DNA from: Cyanophyceae cyanobacterium
GTDB lineage: Bacteria; Cyanobacteriota; Cyanobacteriia; Cyanobacteriales; JBHJGN01
Reading direction: 5' to 3'
Length of the DNA: 21,560 bases
Assembly (NCBI GenBank): GCA_050331735.1
Contig: JBHJGN010000080.1
Span: 1-21,560 of the forward strand
A program made the position numbers and the translations under genes. The notes under the pieces are model-generated. The model saw nothing but the letters and a program-made list of their open reading frames with translations, ran no database searches and was not told the origin of the DNA. Positions 1 through 8,363 of this stretch are shown here, piece after piece; positions within the stretch are counted from its first letter, which is position 1; each line of letters starts with the position of its first letter.

Positions 1-54
1 TTCAGGTTCAGGATAGATGCGGACTTTCTGAGTGACTCTAATCACACTTACCAT
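1..54 (-). CDS. tnpB: IS200/IS605-family TnpB (RNA-guided endonuclease), N-terminal 18 codons only; runs off the window edge
   Basis: The reverse strand from ATG at 54 reads MVSVIRVTQKVRIYPEPE, matching the (K)xRIYP motif at TnpB N-termini. It lies just inside an IS605-type end hairpin. Not in the ORF track because it is truncated. Confidence 0.75.
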   Translation of the reverse strand, partial: MVSVIRVTQKVRIYPEPE

Positions 55-136
55 TATATACTAAAACGGTAAGTCGTAGCGTCGCTGTCCATCCCCTCCT
101 TACTGCTTTGAAGAAGGGGATTTCCGCGACCTCTTG
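1..136 (-). mobile_element. Left end of an IS200/IS605-family element (tnpB directly after the end, IS1341-like layout)
   Basis: Subterminal hairpin: ATCCCCT 91-97 pairs with AGGGGAT 115-121, and outer GTCGC 81-85 pairs with GCGAC 126-130. The minus strand reads TTTAA|CAAGAGGTCGCGGAAATCCCC, an AT-rich pentamer abutting the presumed end. No tnpA between the end and tnpB. Confidence 0.7.
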
Positions 137-175
137 TTAAATGGGAGAAGTAATCTTTTTAGTTTCCCTAAAAAC

Positions 176-355
176 TTAATCTAAAAACCAGTCAAAACCT
201 CGCCCAATTAGTAATTCGGTTTTCTCAGCATGATGAGTATTTTTCATCGCGATAGGTTGTAAAGAAAATCCATAGCGAGTTGCCATATTTCTCACTTTTT
301 CTGAATTGTCATAGCTCATTAAAAATTCTCCTTTTAACTCACTAGTCAGTCTAAG
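176..355 (-). pseudogene. C-terminal remnant of a Dam/D12-class N6-adenine DNA methyltransferase
   Basis: RLTSELKGEFLMSYDNSEKVRNMATRYGF...MKNTHHAEKTELLIG resembles the C-terminal (F/W)LxSYD...ELLI segment of D12-class methylases. No DPPY or SAM-binding part is present upstream, where the B2 gene sits instead. The segment is AT-rich. Confidence 0.6.
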
Positions 356-359
356 CTGA

Positions 360-803
360 TTACTGTCTAGGTAGTTGGTCAAAAGCCGCATAGCGAATGC
401 GCACGTCTGGAGTATCGTTAAGCACCATGCCTTCGTACTCTACCCACGCATGAGCCTGAAACTGCTCAGTGCGGCGAACACCGATGCATAATTCGCTCTC
501 AATTCCCTGACGGCGCAACAAGTACCATAGCACCAGAGACTGACTTAAACAGGCTGACCCACGGCTGTAGCGAGCTGCAATGCGGACAGCTCTGGTTGTT
601 GCTGTTAGAGGATTTGCTCTGGGAACGACTGGATTCTTGGCCAGCCGTTTGTTGAGCATTGCTTGCGTGTATTGCAATCCTTTAAACTTGAGCAAGAGCG
701 CGACGAGCGCCAGTAACGCTAGGGCTTGTCGCACTAAAGCTCGCTCATCAGGCGACAACTGCTGCCAGGTATTCCCTTTACGTACCAGTCGTCGCCACAC
801 CAT
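360..803 (-). CDS. Lasso peptide biosynthesis B2 protein (transglutaminase-like leader peptidase)
   Basis: 147 aa with SACLSQSLVLWYLLRRQG...IGVR...AHAWVEYEG..LND, the Cys-His-Asp pattern of lasso B2/Transglut_core3 proteins. Confidence 0.88.
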   Translation of the reverse strand: MVWRRLVRKGNTWQQLSPDERALVRQALALLALVALLLKFKGLQYTQAMLNKRLAKNPVVPRANPLTATTRAVRIAARYSRGSACLSQSLVLWYLLRRQGIESELCIGVRRTEQFQAHAWVEYEGMVLNDTPDVRIRYAAFDQLPRQ

Positions 804-825
804 AGCCTGCTCTTGGTTTGAGCCG

Positions 826-2421
826 CTAGCTCATTGTTGTAATCGGAGTATGCTGCTGCTGCAATGCTCCACACAAACGGTTTAAAGCACCGACGTAGGC
901 CCGCGCTGATGCCACAATAATATCGGTATCTGCCGCATGTCCGGAGTAAATTTTCCCGTCGTGCTCGAGGCGAATGGTCACTTCTCCCATCGCGTCGATC
1001 CCTGCGGTAACAGACTTAACGGAAAACTCGATGAGCTTGTTGGGAACCTCCACCACGCGATTGATGGCTTTGTAAACTGCGTCTACGGGTCCGGTTCCGA
1101 TCGCCGCATCGGTTAATTCTTGGCCTTCTGGATTGCGCAGCGTTACAGTAGCGGTGGGACGAGCGCGATCACCGCAGGAAACCTGCACAAGCTCCAGTCG
1201 ATAGAGTTCTGGAGCCTGCTGAATTTCGTCCTTAACGATTGCTTCTAGATCCCAGTCGGTAATTTCTTTTTTCTTGTCGGCAATGTCTTTAAAGCTCAGG
1301 AAAGCGCGGTTCAGTTCGGTGTCGTTGAGCTCAAACCCCAGTTCTTTTAAGCGAGTGCGGAAGGCGTTGCGACCGGAGTGTTTGCCCAACACAATCTGAT
1401 TGTTGGTCAGCCCAATCGATTGAGCATCCATAATTTCGTAGGTGAGCTTATTTTTGAGTACGCCATCTTGGTGAATCCCCGACTCGTGGGCAAAGGCGTT
1501 GGCTCCGACAATGGCCTTGTTAGGCTGCACCATCATCCCGGTGAGGTTAGAGACTAGGCGGGAGGTCTTGTAGATTTCGGTAGTATCGATATTGGTGAGC
1601 GGTTCGCTGGACTCAACCGGTCGTCCGAGGAAAGGATTGTAGTACTGACGGCGGACGTGCAGCGCCATGACTAACTCTTCTAACGCCGCGTTCCCGGCCC
1701 GTTCGCCGATGCCGTTAATCGTACATTCGAGCTGCCGCGCTCCGTTCTTGACGGCTTCTAAAAAGTTAGCCACTGCTAAGCCGAGGTCGTTGTGTCCGTG
1801 AACTGAGAGAATCGCGCGATCGATATTGGGGACGTTTTCCTTAATGCCGCGAATCAGCGCTCCAAACTCGTGGGGAGTGGTGTAGCCCACGGTATCGGGA
1901 ATATTAATGGTGGTTGCCCCGGCGGCGATCGCTCGCTCGAGCACTTCGTAGAGGTACTGCGGATCGGAACGAGCCGCATCCATCGGGGAAAACTCGACAT
2001 CATCCATAAACGATTTGGCGTAGGCGACCATTTCTGCGGCGATGGCGCTGACTTCTGCTCGGGTTTTTTTGAGCTGATGCTCGAGGTGAATATCGGAGGT
2101 TGAAATAAACGTATGAATTCTGCCTTTGGCTGCTGGCTTGAGGGCTTCGGCTGCGGCTTTAATGTCGGCTTTAATGGCTCTTGCTAAGCTACAAATCACC
2201 GGACCTTCTTCGGTGCCCACTGCCTGAGCGATCTTCTGCACCGCCTCAAAATCTCCCGGGCTAGCAAACGCAAAACCCGCTTCGATGACATCGACTCTTA
2301 ATCGCGCTAGCGCCCGCGCAATGGTCAGCTTTTCATCAACATTAAGAGTGGCTCCGGGACACTGTTCTCCGTCCCGAAGCGTGGTGTCAAAGATAATAAT
2401 GCGGTCTTGGGTTGTGTTCAT
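826..2421 (-). CDS. leuA: 2-isopropylmalate synthase
   Basis: [27 protein letters not shown] and HESGIHQDG motifs, plus a C-terminal regulatory domain (GTGPVDA). Confidence 0.97.
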   Translation of the reverse strand: MNTTQDRIIIFDTTLRDGEQCPGATLNVDEKLTIARALARLRVDVIEAGFAFASPGDFEAVQKIAQAVGTEEGPVICSLARAIKADIKAAAEALKPAAKGRIHTFISTSDIHLEHQLKKTRAEVSAIAAEMVAYAKSFMDDVEFSPMDAARSDPQYLYEVLERAIAAGATTINIPDTVGYTTPHEFGALIRGIKENVPNIDRAILSVHGHNDLGLAVANFLEAVKNGARQLECTINGIGERAGNAALEELVMALHVRRQYYNPFLGRPVESSEPLTNIDTTEIYKTSRLVSNLTGMMVQPNKAIVGANAFAHESGIHQDGVLKNKLTYEIMDAQSIGLTNNQIVLGKHSGRNAFRTRLKELGFELNDTELNRAFLSFKDIADKKKEITDWDLEAIVKDEIQQAPELYRLELVQVSCGDRARPTATVTLRNPEGQELTDAAIGTGPVDAVYKAINRVVEVPNKLIEFSVKSVTAGIDAMGEVTIRLEHDGKIYSGHAADTDIIVASARAYVGALNRLCGALQQQHTPITTMS

Positions 2422-2510
2422 AGCTAGAAGCGCTTGCTGAGGCGTGAAAATACTTTTATCGATAATATATTAGTCTATCAAGCTACTAGCTATTAGCCCT
2501 AAGAAAGTGA

Positions 2511-2545
2511 AGAGCTAAGAGCTAACAGCTAAAAGCTAAGAGCTA
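2511..2545 (+). repeat. Heptamer tandem repeat (A[G/C/A]AGCTA x5), STRR-like
   Basis: AGAGCTA AGAGCTA ACAGCTA AAAGCTA AGAGCTA read directly. Heptameric intergenic repeats are typical of cyanobacteria. Confidence 0.8.
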
Positions 2546-2576
2546 CTGAATCGCTTAAATTTCTTTCGGACACTCA

Positions 2577-3107
2577 CTAAAAATCACTCTTCTCGATGTA
2601 GGCTCGGACGCTGTTTAGGTCGATGTAGCGATCTGTCGCATTTCTCAATTCCCTAGCAATCATGCCCTCGGTAGACACCACCGTAATGTGAGTATTTTTC
2701 GAGCGCAACAGCTCGATGGCTCTCTCAAAATCGCCGTCACCGCTAAACAAGATCACGCGATCGTACTGATCGACGGTGTTAAACATATCGACAACAATTT
2801 CTATATCTAAGTTTGCCTTTTGAGAGTAGCGGCCTGAATTATCGTCATAATACTCTTTGAGAATTTTGATGCGAACTGTATAACCAAGGCTAATTAATGC
2901 ATCTCTAAAACCCCGCTGATCCTGAAAGTCTTTTAGTCCGGTATACCAAAAGGCATTGACTAAAACAACCTTGGGATCTTTAGTGAAATACTCTAAAACT
3001 CGTCTTGGATCGAAAAACCAGCCATTTTTTTGTTGAGCATAAAACATATTGTTACCGTCTACGAAAATCGAAAGACGGTCTCTCGAATAATTATTGGAAT
3101 ACCCCAT
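2577..3107 (-). CDS. NYN-domain protein, LabA/DUF88 family
   Basis: IFVDGNN, KANLDIEIVVD, LFSGDGDF and ELRNATDRYIDL carry the PIN-like NYN acidic residues. I cannot tell labA from its paralog by eye. Confidence 0.92.
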   Translation of the reverse strand: MGYSNNYSRDRLSIFVDGNNMFYAQQKNGWFFDPRRVLEYFTKDPKVVLVNAFWYTGLKDFQDQRGFRDALISLGYTVRIKILKEYYDDNSGRYSQKANLDIEIVVDMFNTVDQYDRVILFSGDGDFERAIELLRSKNTHITVVSTEGMIARELRNATDRYIDLNSVRAYIEKSDF

Positions 3108-3399
3108 ACAGAATAAAATTAAAGAATTAGCATGATTTATAAATAATCTTTAATTATAGCAATTTTAGATAAGCTAATTCTTGATAATTTAAATTAGTAA
3201 AATAATTGCAGGCTTTTTAGCTTAAATAGCATACCTTTCTAATTATGGCAGTTGAATCAGCAAGCAGGTGATTTTTCTCATCACAGCACTGCCCTGGAAA
3301 CTAGTGAACAGGAACGTCAGCACCAGACCCGCAGAGCCGTTGCTCAGACGATATCGCTTTTAGTTAATCCCTGAGAAACGCCCGACTTAGATTCTGACT

Positions 3400-4206
3400 T
3401 TACTGCTCAAGGTACGAACACCAGTCGCTCCATCCTCCCGGATAAAGCTTGACATTTCGATGTCCTGTAAGCCAGAGAGAAAAAAGATTGACGCAGGCGG
3501 TGACACCAGAACCGCAATAAACCACCAAGTCACGGCCTTCGTAATCGGACCAGAGCTGGCGTTGCTTGCTGAGGGGCAGAAGATAGCCTTGCTCGTCAGA
3601 AACTGCTTTCCAGGGAGCATTAACCGCTGTTGGGATATGTCCAGCGAGCGGGTCGATGGGTTCTCTTTCTCCTCGGTAGCGATCGCTATCCCGCGAGTCA
3701 ATTAGAAGTGAACTACCGCGCTTGACCGCTTCAATATCCGCAATCCATTCCCGATGGGGCTGAGGCACAAACTCTCCCACTTCTGGCTCTGGTAATTCTT
3801 GACTAACTGGGTACTGCTGACACCATCCAGTCCAGCCCCCGTCGAGTAAAGCCACTGGTTCGTGTCCTAGATATCGCAGCAGCCACCACAGCCGCGCGGC
3901 AAAGGCAAAGCGAGAGTCATCGTAAGCAACCACAAAGGTCCGATTTTTGATGATGCCGATCACCGCTAATTTTTCAGCAAAAGACTCATTCGGCAAAGGA
4001 TGTCGTCCTCCGTGGCGCTGTACAGGAGCCGACAAATCCCGATTTAGATCTAGGTAAAAAGCCCCGGGAATGTGACCATTGAGATACTGCTGATGCCCCC
4101 AGTCTGGGTCTGCCAGCTTAAAGCGACAGTCAACGACGATTACCTGGGGATTCGCTAGCTGTTCGGCAAGCCAGACGGCAGAAACAGTGGGCTGAATATC
4201 AAACAT
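3400..4206 (-). CDS. Tandem-domain rhodanese / 3-mercaptopyruvate (thiosulfate) sulfurtransferase
   Basis: GHIPGA, GGRHPLP, LLDGG, active-site YCGSGVTAC and C-terminal LYPGGWSDW. Confidence 0.93.
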   Translation of the reverse strand: MFDIQPTVSAVWLAEQLANPQVIVVDCRFKLADPDWGHQQYLNGHIPGAFYLDLNRDLSAPVQRHGGRHPLPNESFAEKLAVIGIIKNRTFVVAYDDSRFAFAARLWWLLRYLGHEPVALLDGGWTGWCQQYPVSQELPEPEVGEFVPQPHREWIADIEAVKRGSSLLIDSRDSDRYRGEREPIDPLAGHIPTAVNAPWKAVSDEQGYLLPLSKQRQLWSDYEGRDLVVYCGSGVTACVNLFSLWLTGHRNVKLYPGGWSDWCSYLEQ

Positions 4207-4278
4207 TAAACCTTAATCGGACATGAATGTAAATGAGCGCTCTAGTTTAGGCTTTTGATTAGTCTCCCCTTTCCCGAT

Positions 4279-4722
4279 CTAGATAGCAAACTGCTTAACG
4301 ATCAGCAGACAATTTCGATGGTCGTCAGTCCGAATATAGCTGAGCTGGTCGGCAATTTTTTGCAAAATTTCTACTCCCCGTCCTCCCTCTTCCAGGCTCA
4401 CTTTTTTTTGACACAAGTTAGCAACGAAAGCATCCAAATCAAACGGAGGACCATAATCCCAAATTCGGATTTCTAACCCTTTTTGACCTAAAGCGAGTTC
4501 AATCTCAATTGGAATCTGCTTAGAAAGTTCTTTATGCGCATGACGAACAGCATTAGTAAATCCTTCAGCGAGGGCTAGACGACACTGTAACCAATCCTCT
4601 TTTGGAATCCAAGGTTCGTTAATTTGGTTAAAGTGGTATAGTACCTGGTCTAACGCCTTTAGCTCGCCGTCAACCTTTAAGTGGGTCTTTTTGAGGACTT
4701 TCAACTGTTCGAAGCCTTGCAA
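4279..4722 (-). CDS. Anti-sigma factor / Ser kinase, RsbW-like (HATPase_c)
   Basis: N-box LALAEGFTNAVRHA, IWDYGPPFD and G-box EEGGRGV. The TTG start is uncertain. Confidence 0.88.
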   Translation of the reverse strand: MQGFEQLKVLKKTHLKVDGELKALDQVLYHFNQINEPWIPKEDWLQCRLALAEGFTNAVRHAHKELSKQIPIEIELALGQKGLEIRIWDYGPPFDLDAFVANLCQKKVSLEEGGRGVEILQKIADQLSYIRTDDHRNCLLIVKQFAI

Positions 4723-4866
4723 AACAAAATAGCCGTCACCGTCATCGGTAACATTACCTTTAGTACTGAATTTAGTCTAACTTGGGATTTAATACAATTG
4801 CTCTTTATCTATCCATCGCAATCTTAACGCACGCTTTCTAAAAACCGACGAGTGGCTAACCCAACT

Positions 4867-6012
4867 ATGGCTCAAATTTTAGTCATTGATGACGATCCGG
4901 CTATACAAATATTGCTGAAGAGAACTTTATCTCGCCAGGGTTATCAGGTTGTGACCGCTAACAATGGAGAAGAAGGACTGGCTAAGGCGCTTGAGCTCCG
5001 TCCAGCCATGGTAGTCTGCGACTGGCTGATGCCCAGAATGAACGGGTTAGAAGTGTGCCGACAGGTCAAGGCCACGCCGTCACTCTCAACCACTTTCTTC
5101 ATTTTGCTGACATCTCTCGGCTCTGTTGAGGATCGAGTTAAAGGACTCGATGCGGGAGCCGATGATTTTTTGTGTAAGCCTATCGAAATGTATGAGCTGA
5201 AGGCTAGAGTGCGAGCAGGTTTGAGGCTTCATGAACTGAGCCGCGACCTTCAGCAGCAAAAACAACTCTTGGAAGCAGAACTCGCCGAAGCTGCCGAGTA
5301 CGTGTGCTCTATCCTCCCGGAGCCCATTGCTGAACCATCGACTACCATTGATGTTCGCTTCATTCCGTCCCGTCGTCTTGGCGGAGACGGATTTGACTAT
5401 TACTGGCTCGACTCAGAGCACTTAGCTATTTATTTATTGGATGTCGCCGGACACGGGCTGCGTGCTGCCCTGCCCTCGCTCTCAGTGCTTAACCTCTTAC
5501 GCTCTCGATTTAACCGCTTCAATCAGGTTAATCTGTATCAGCCAAGCGAGGTTCTCCAGGAATTGAATCAGATCTTCCAGATGACTCCTCGTAATGATCG
5601 CTACTTTACAATTTGGTATGGAGTGTACCATACGCGCCAACGCCGCCTGATTTACGCCAGTGCCGGCCATCCGCCTGCGATTCTGTTCTCTCCCGATCCC
5701 CAAGGAGGAACGATTAAGCAGATTCTCAAAACTCCCGGGTTTCCCGTCGGCATGTTTCCCAGCGCCGATTATGTAGATGCCCATTGCCAGATTCATCCCG
5801 ACTCTAGTCTCTACATCTTTAGCGATGGCATCTACGAATTCGATCTCTCCAATGGCAGCATCTGGGGATTAGACAACTTTATTGAACTGCTCAATACAAC
5901 TTATCAGCAAGGTCAGCACAGCCTGGATTTACTGCTCAAGCAGATTTACAAGCTTAACTCCAAAATGGACTTCGACGACGATCTGTCGATTATTCAGATC
6001 CAACTGCACTGA
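4867..6012 (+). CDS. Response-regulator receiver fused to a SpoIIE/RsbU-type PP2C phosphatase
   Basis: Receiver (ILVIDDD, CDWLMP, KP), a coiled linker, then PP2C motifs GGDGF, DVAGHG, SAGHPP, FSDGI and DDDLS. ATG 4867 is preferred; an upstream GTG at 4852 is possible. Confidence 0.92.
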   Translation: MAQILVIDDDPAIQILLKRTLSRQGYQVVTANNGEEGLAKALELRPAMVVCDWLMPRMNGLEVCRQVKATPSLSTTFFILLTSLGSVEDRVKGLDAGADDFLCKPIEMYELKARVRAGLRLHELSRDLQQQKQLLEAELAEAAEYVCSILPEPIAEPSTTIDVRFIPSRRLGGDGFDYYWLDSEHLAIYLLDVAGHGLRAALPSLSVLNLLRSRFNRFNQVNLYQPSEVLQELNQIFQMTPRNDRYFTIWYGVYHTRQRRLIYASAGHPPAILFSPDPQGGTIKQILKTPGFPVGMFPSADYVDAHCQIHPDSSLYIFSDGIYEFDLSNGSIWGLDNFIELLNTTYQQGQHSLDLLLKQIYKLNSKMDFDDDLSIIQIQLH

Positions 6013-6044
6013 TCATCTTGTAGCCGTATTGGTCAGGACGCAAC

Positions 6045-6368
6045 CTATTGCTGCGCGTATTTTTGCTCAAAGGCTTCGCGGTCCGGAAAAATTTCAAACA
6101 CTTTATCCATGCTTGTTAAATCGAACAGGATTTTAATTTGCTCATTGAGAGAACAGAGAATCATTTGGGCTCCTGCTGAGCGCACCGCCTTAAGAGATAG
6201 GACTAAAGCGCCTAAACCCGAGCTATCCATAAAGGTGATGTCTTTAAAATCGACCAGAATAATTTGGGTGTTTTCATCAAGACTATTGCGAATCTCTTGG
6301 CGAAATTGGTCGGTTTGAGTGCCGTCCAAAATACCAGACGGTTGCACAACTTTAACAGCGGCATTCAT
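6045..6368 (-). CDS. STAS-domain anti-sigma factor antagonist (RsbV/SpoIIAA-like)
   Basis: ITFMDSSGLGALV phospho-Ser motif. Start moved to ATG 6368 (MNAAVKVVQPSG), giving 107 aa, a typical STAS size. Confidence 0.92.
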   Translation of the reverse strand: MNAAVKVVQPSGILDGTQTDQFRQEIRNSLDENTQIILVDFKDITFMDSSGLGALVLSLKAVRSAGAQMILCSLNEQIKILFDLTSMDKVFEIFPDREAFEQKYAQQ

Positions 6369-6514
6369 AGATAGACGTTTAATAAGACAGCAAAACAGTG
6401 GGTCTTGTTTGACCTCAGTCTCACCAGTATAGCGGTGGGTTGGCCTCAATTCGGCCTGACTTTGTTAGTATTTTTTATTAGGCTTGCCATATTACAAAAC
6501 AGCAATCGCTTTAC

Positions 6515-8197
6515 ATGGAAGAATACGATGTCGTTGTCATTGGCGCTGGACACAATGGACTGGTTTGTGCCGCTTATCTACTCAAAGCTGGATTTAGCGT
6601 TGCTCTGTTAGAAAAACGGTCGGTTCCCGGGGGAGCAGCGACAACAGAAGAAATCTTACCGCAAGAAGCTCCGGGTTTCACATTCAATCGGTGTGCGATT
6701 GACCACGAATTTATTCATTTGGGTCCGGTGGTGGCAGAACTAGAGCTAACCCGATACGGTCTGGAGTATCTGGACTGCGATCCGACCGTGTTTTGCCCTC
6801 ATCCTGATGGGAAGTATTTTTTAGCTCATCGCTCCGTTGAGAAAACCTGTGCTGAAATTGCCCGCTGGAGCGATCGCGATGCTCAAAAGTACGCTGAGTT
6901 TACCGAGTACTGGCTGCGCTTGATGGGAGCGATCGCCCCAATGTTTAACGCGCCCCCGCAAGCCCTGCTTGACATTGCCACAAACTACCGCAGCAACAAT
7001 CTCCAGGACGTGTTGGCGGTAGCTGGCTCCCGCAAAAAGGCTTTAGACTTTATCCGCACCATGATTAGCTCGCCTCAAGATCTGATCGAGGAGTGGTTCG
7101 ACTGTGAATTTGTCAAAGCTCCCTTAGCGCGACTCGCCGCCGAAATTGGGGCGCCACCGTCGCAGAAAGGCTTGGCCATTGGCGCGATGATGATGGCCAT
7201 GCGCCACTCTCCGGGGATGGCCAGACCCCGGGGCGGAACCGGAGCGCTAGTGCAGGCTCTTGTTAACCGAGTGACGAGCCTTGGCGGCAAGATTTTGACC
7301 GACCAAGTTGTTAAAGAAGTGCTCATCGACGACCGCGGCAGCGCTGCTGGCGTTCGGGTCGCTGGGGGAACCGAGTACCGAGCTAAACGCGGCGTGATTT
7401 CTAATATTGATGCCAGACGGCTATTTTTACAGATGGTCGATCCGACGGTGATCGCCGCTGTTGACGACCAACTTAAAAACAGGCTGGAGCGCAGAGTTGT
7501 CAATAATAACGAAACGATTCTTAAAATCGACTGTGCGCTGACCGAACCGCCACGGTTCGAGGGCTATGACCATCAAGATGAGTATTTAGTAGGGTCGGTA
7601 TTGATTGCGGATTCGGTCAGGCACGTCGAGAAATCTCACGCCTTAGCCTCTATGGGGGAGATCCCAGACGAAAACCCCTCGCTCTACCTCGTCGTACCCA
7701 CCGTCCGCGATCCGTCGATGGCCCCGGCTGGGCAGCATACCCTCTGGATCGAGTTTTTTGCTCCCTATCAAATTGCCGGAGTCGAGGGAACTGGTTTAAA
7801 CGGCACTGGCTGGACGGACGCGCTCAAGCACCGAGTGGCCGATCGGGTGCTCGATAAGCTGGCAGAGTATGCTCCTAACGTTAAAGGATCCATCATGGCC
7901 CGCCATGTTGAGAGTCCGGCGGAATTAGGCGAACGTTTAGGCGCTTATAAGGGCAACTACTATCATTTGGACATGACTCTCGATCAGATGATTTTCCTGC
8001 GTCCGCTCCCAGAAATTGCTAACTACAAAACCCCCATCAAAAACTTGTTTTTAACCGGAGCCGGAACCCATCCCGGCGGCTCCATTTCAGGAATGCCGGG
8101 ACGCAACTGTGCCTCCGTATTTATCCGCAGCCAAAAGTCATTCCTCACTCAGATTCAGTCGTCGTTTCAATCGCTCAGTCAGTCAGTATTTGGATAA
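6515..8197 (+). CDS. crtO: Beta-carotene ketolase, CrtO type (FAD-dependent, phytoene-desaturase-like)
   Basis: N-terminus DVVVIGAGHNGLVCAAYL...PGGAATTEE...FNRCAIDHEFI and C-terminal LTGAGTHPGGSISGMPGRNCA match cyanobacterial CrtO as I recall it. Confidence 0.88.
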   Translation: MEEYDVVVIGAGHNGLVCAAYLLKAGFSVALLEKRSVPGGAATTEEILPQEAPGFTFNRCAIDHEFIHLGPVVAELELTRYGLEYLDCDPTVFCPHPDGKYFLAHRSVEKTCAEIARWSDRDAQKYAEFTEYWLRLMGAIAPMFNAPPQALLDIATNYRSNNLQDVLAVAGSRKKALDFIRTMISSPQDLIEEWFDCEFVKAPLARLAAEIGAPPSQKGLAIGAMMMAMRHSPGMARPRGGTGALVQALVNRVTSLGGKILTDQVVKEVLIDDRGSAAGVRVAGGTEYRAKRGVISNIDARRLFLQMVDPTVIAAVDDQLKNRLERRVVNNNETILKIDCALTEPPRFEGYDHQDEYLVGSVLIADSVRHVEKSHALASMGEIPDENPSLYLVVPTVRDPSMAPAGQHTLWIEFFAPYQIAGVEGTGLNGTGWTDALKHRVADRVLDKLAEYAPNVKGSIMARHVESPAELGERLGAYKGNYYHLDMTLDQMIFLRPLPEIANYKTPIKNLFLTGAGTHPGGSISGMPGRNCASVFIRSQKSFLTQIQSSFQSLSQSVFG

Positions 8198-8363
8198 CGG
8201 CAGGAACCATCAACAATTAACGATTAACGTTGAAAACTCCCATAAGTGACGTTTTCTAAAGTGTTGCTCGCTTAGAGACAGTTAAGGCCGAGCCAGCATT
8301 CATGATAGAAATCGGAAGCATTGATTCAACAGCTTATCGCTTGCCTATTTAACGAAGAGCACC

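Noticed and set aside
3252..3374. 40-codon TTG-started frame (LNQQAGDFSHHS...SLLVNP) between the NYN and rhodanese genes
   Set aside because: No SD, a weak start and no recognisable family. It could be a remnant, but I cannot support it.
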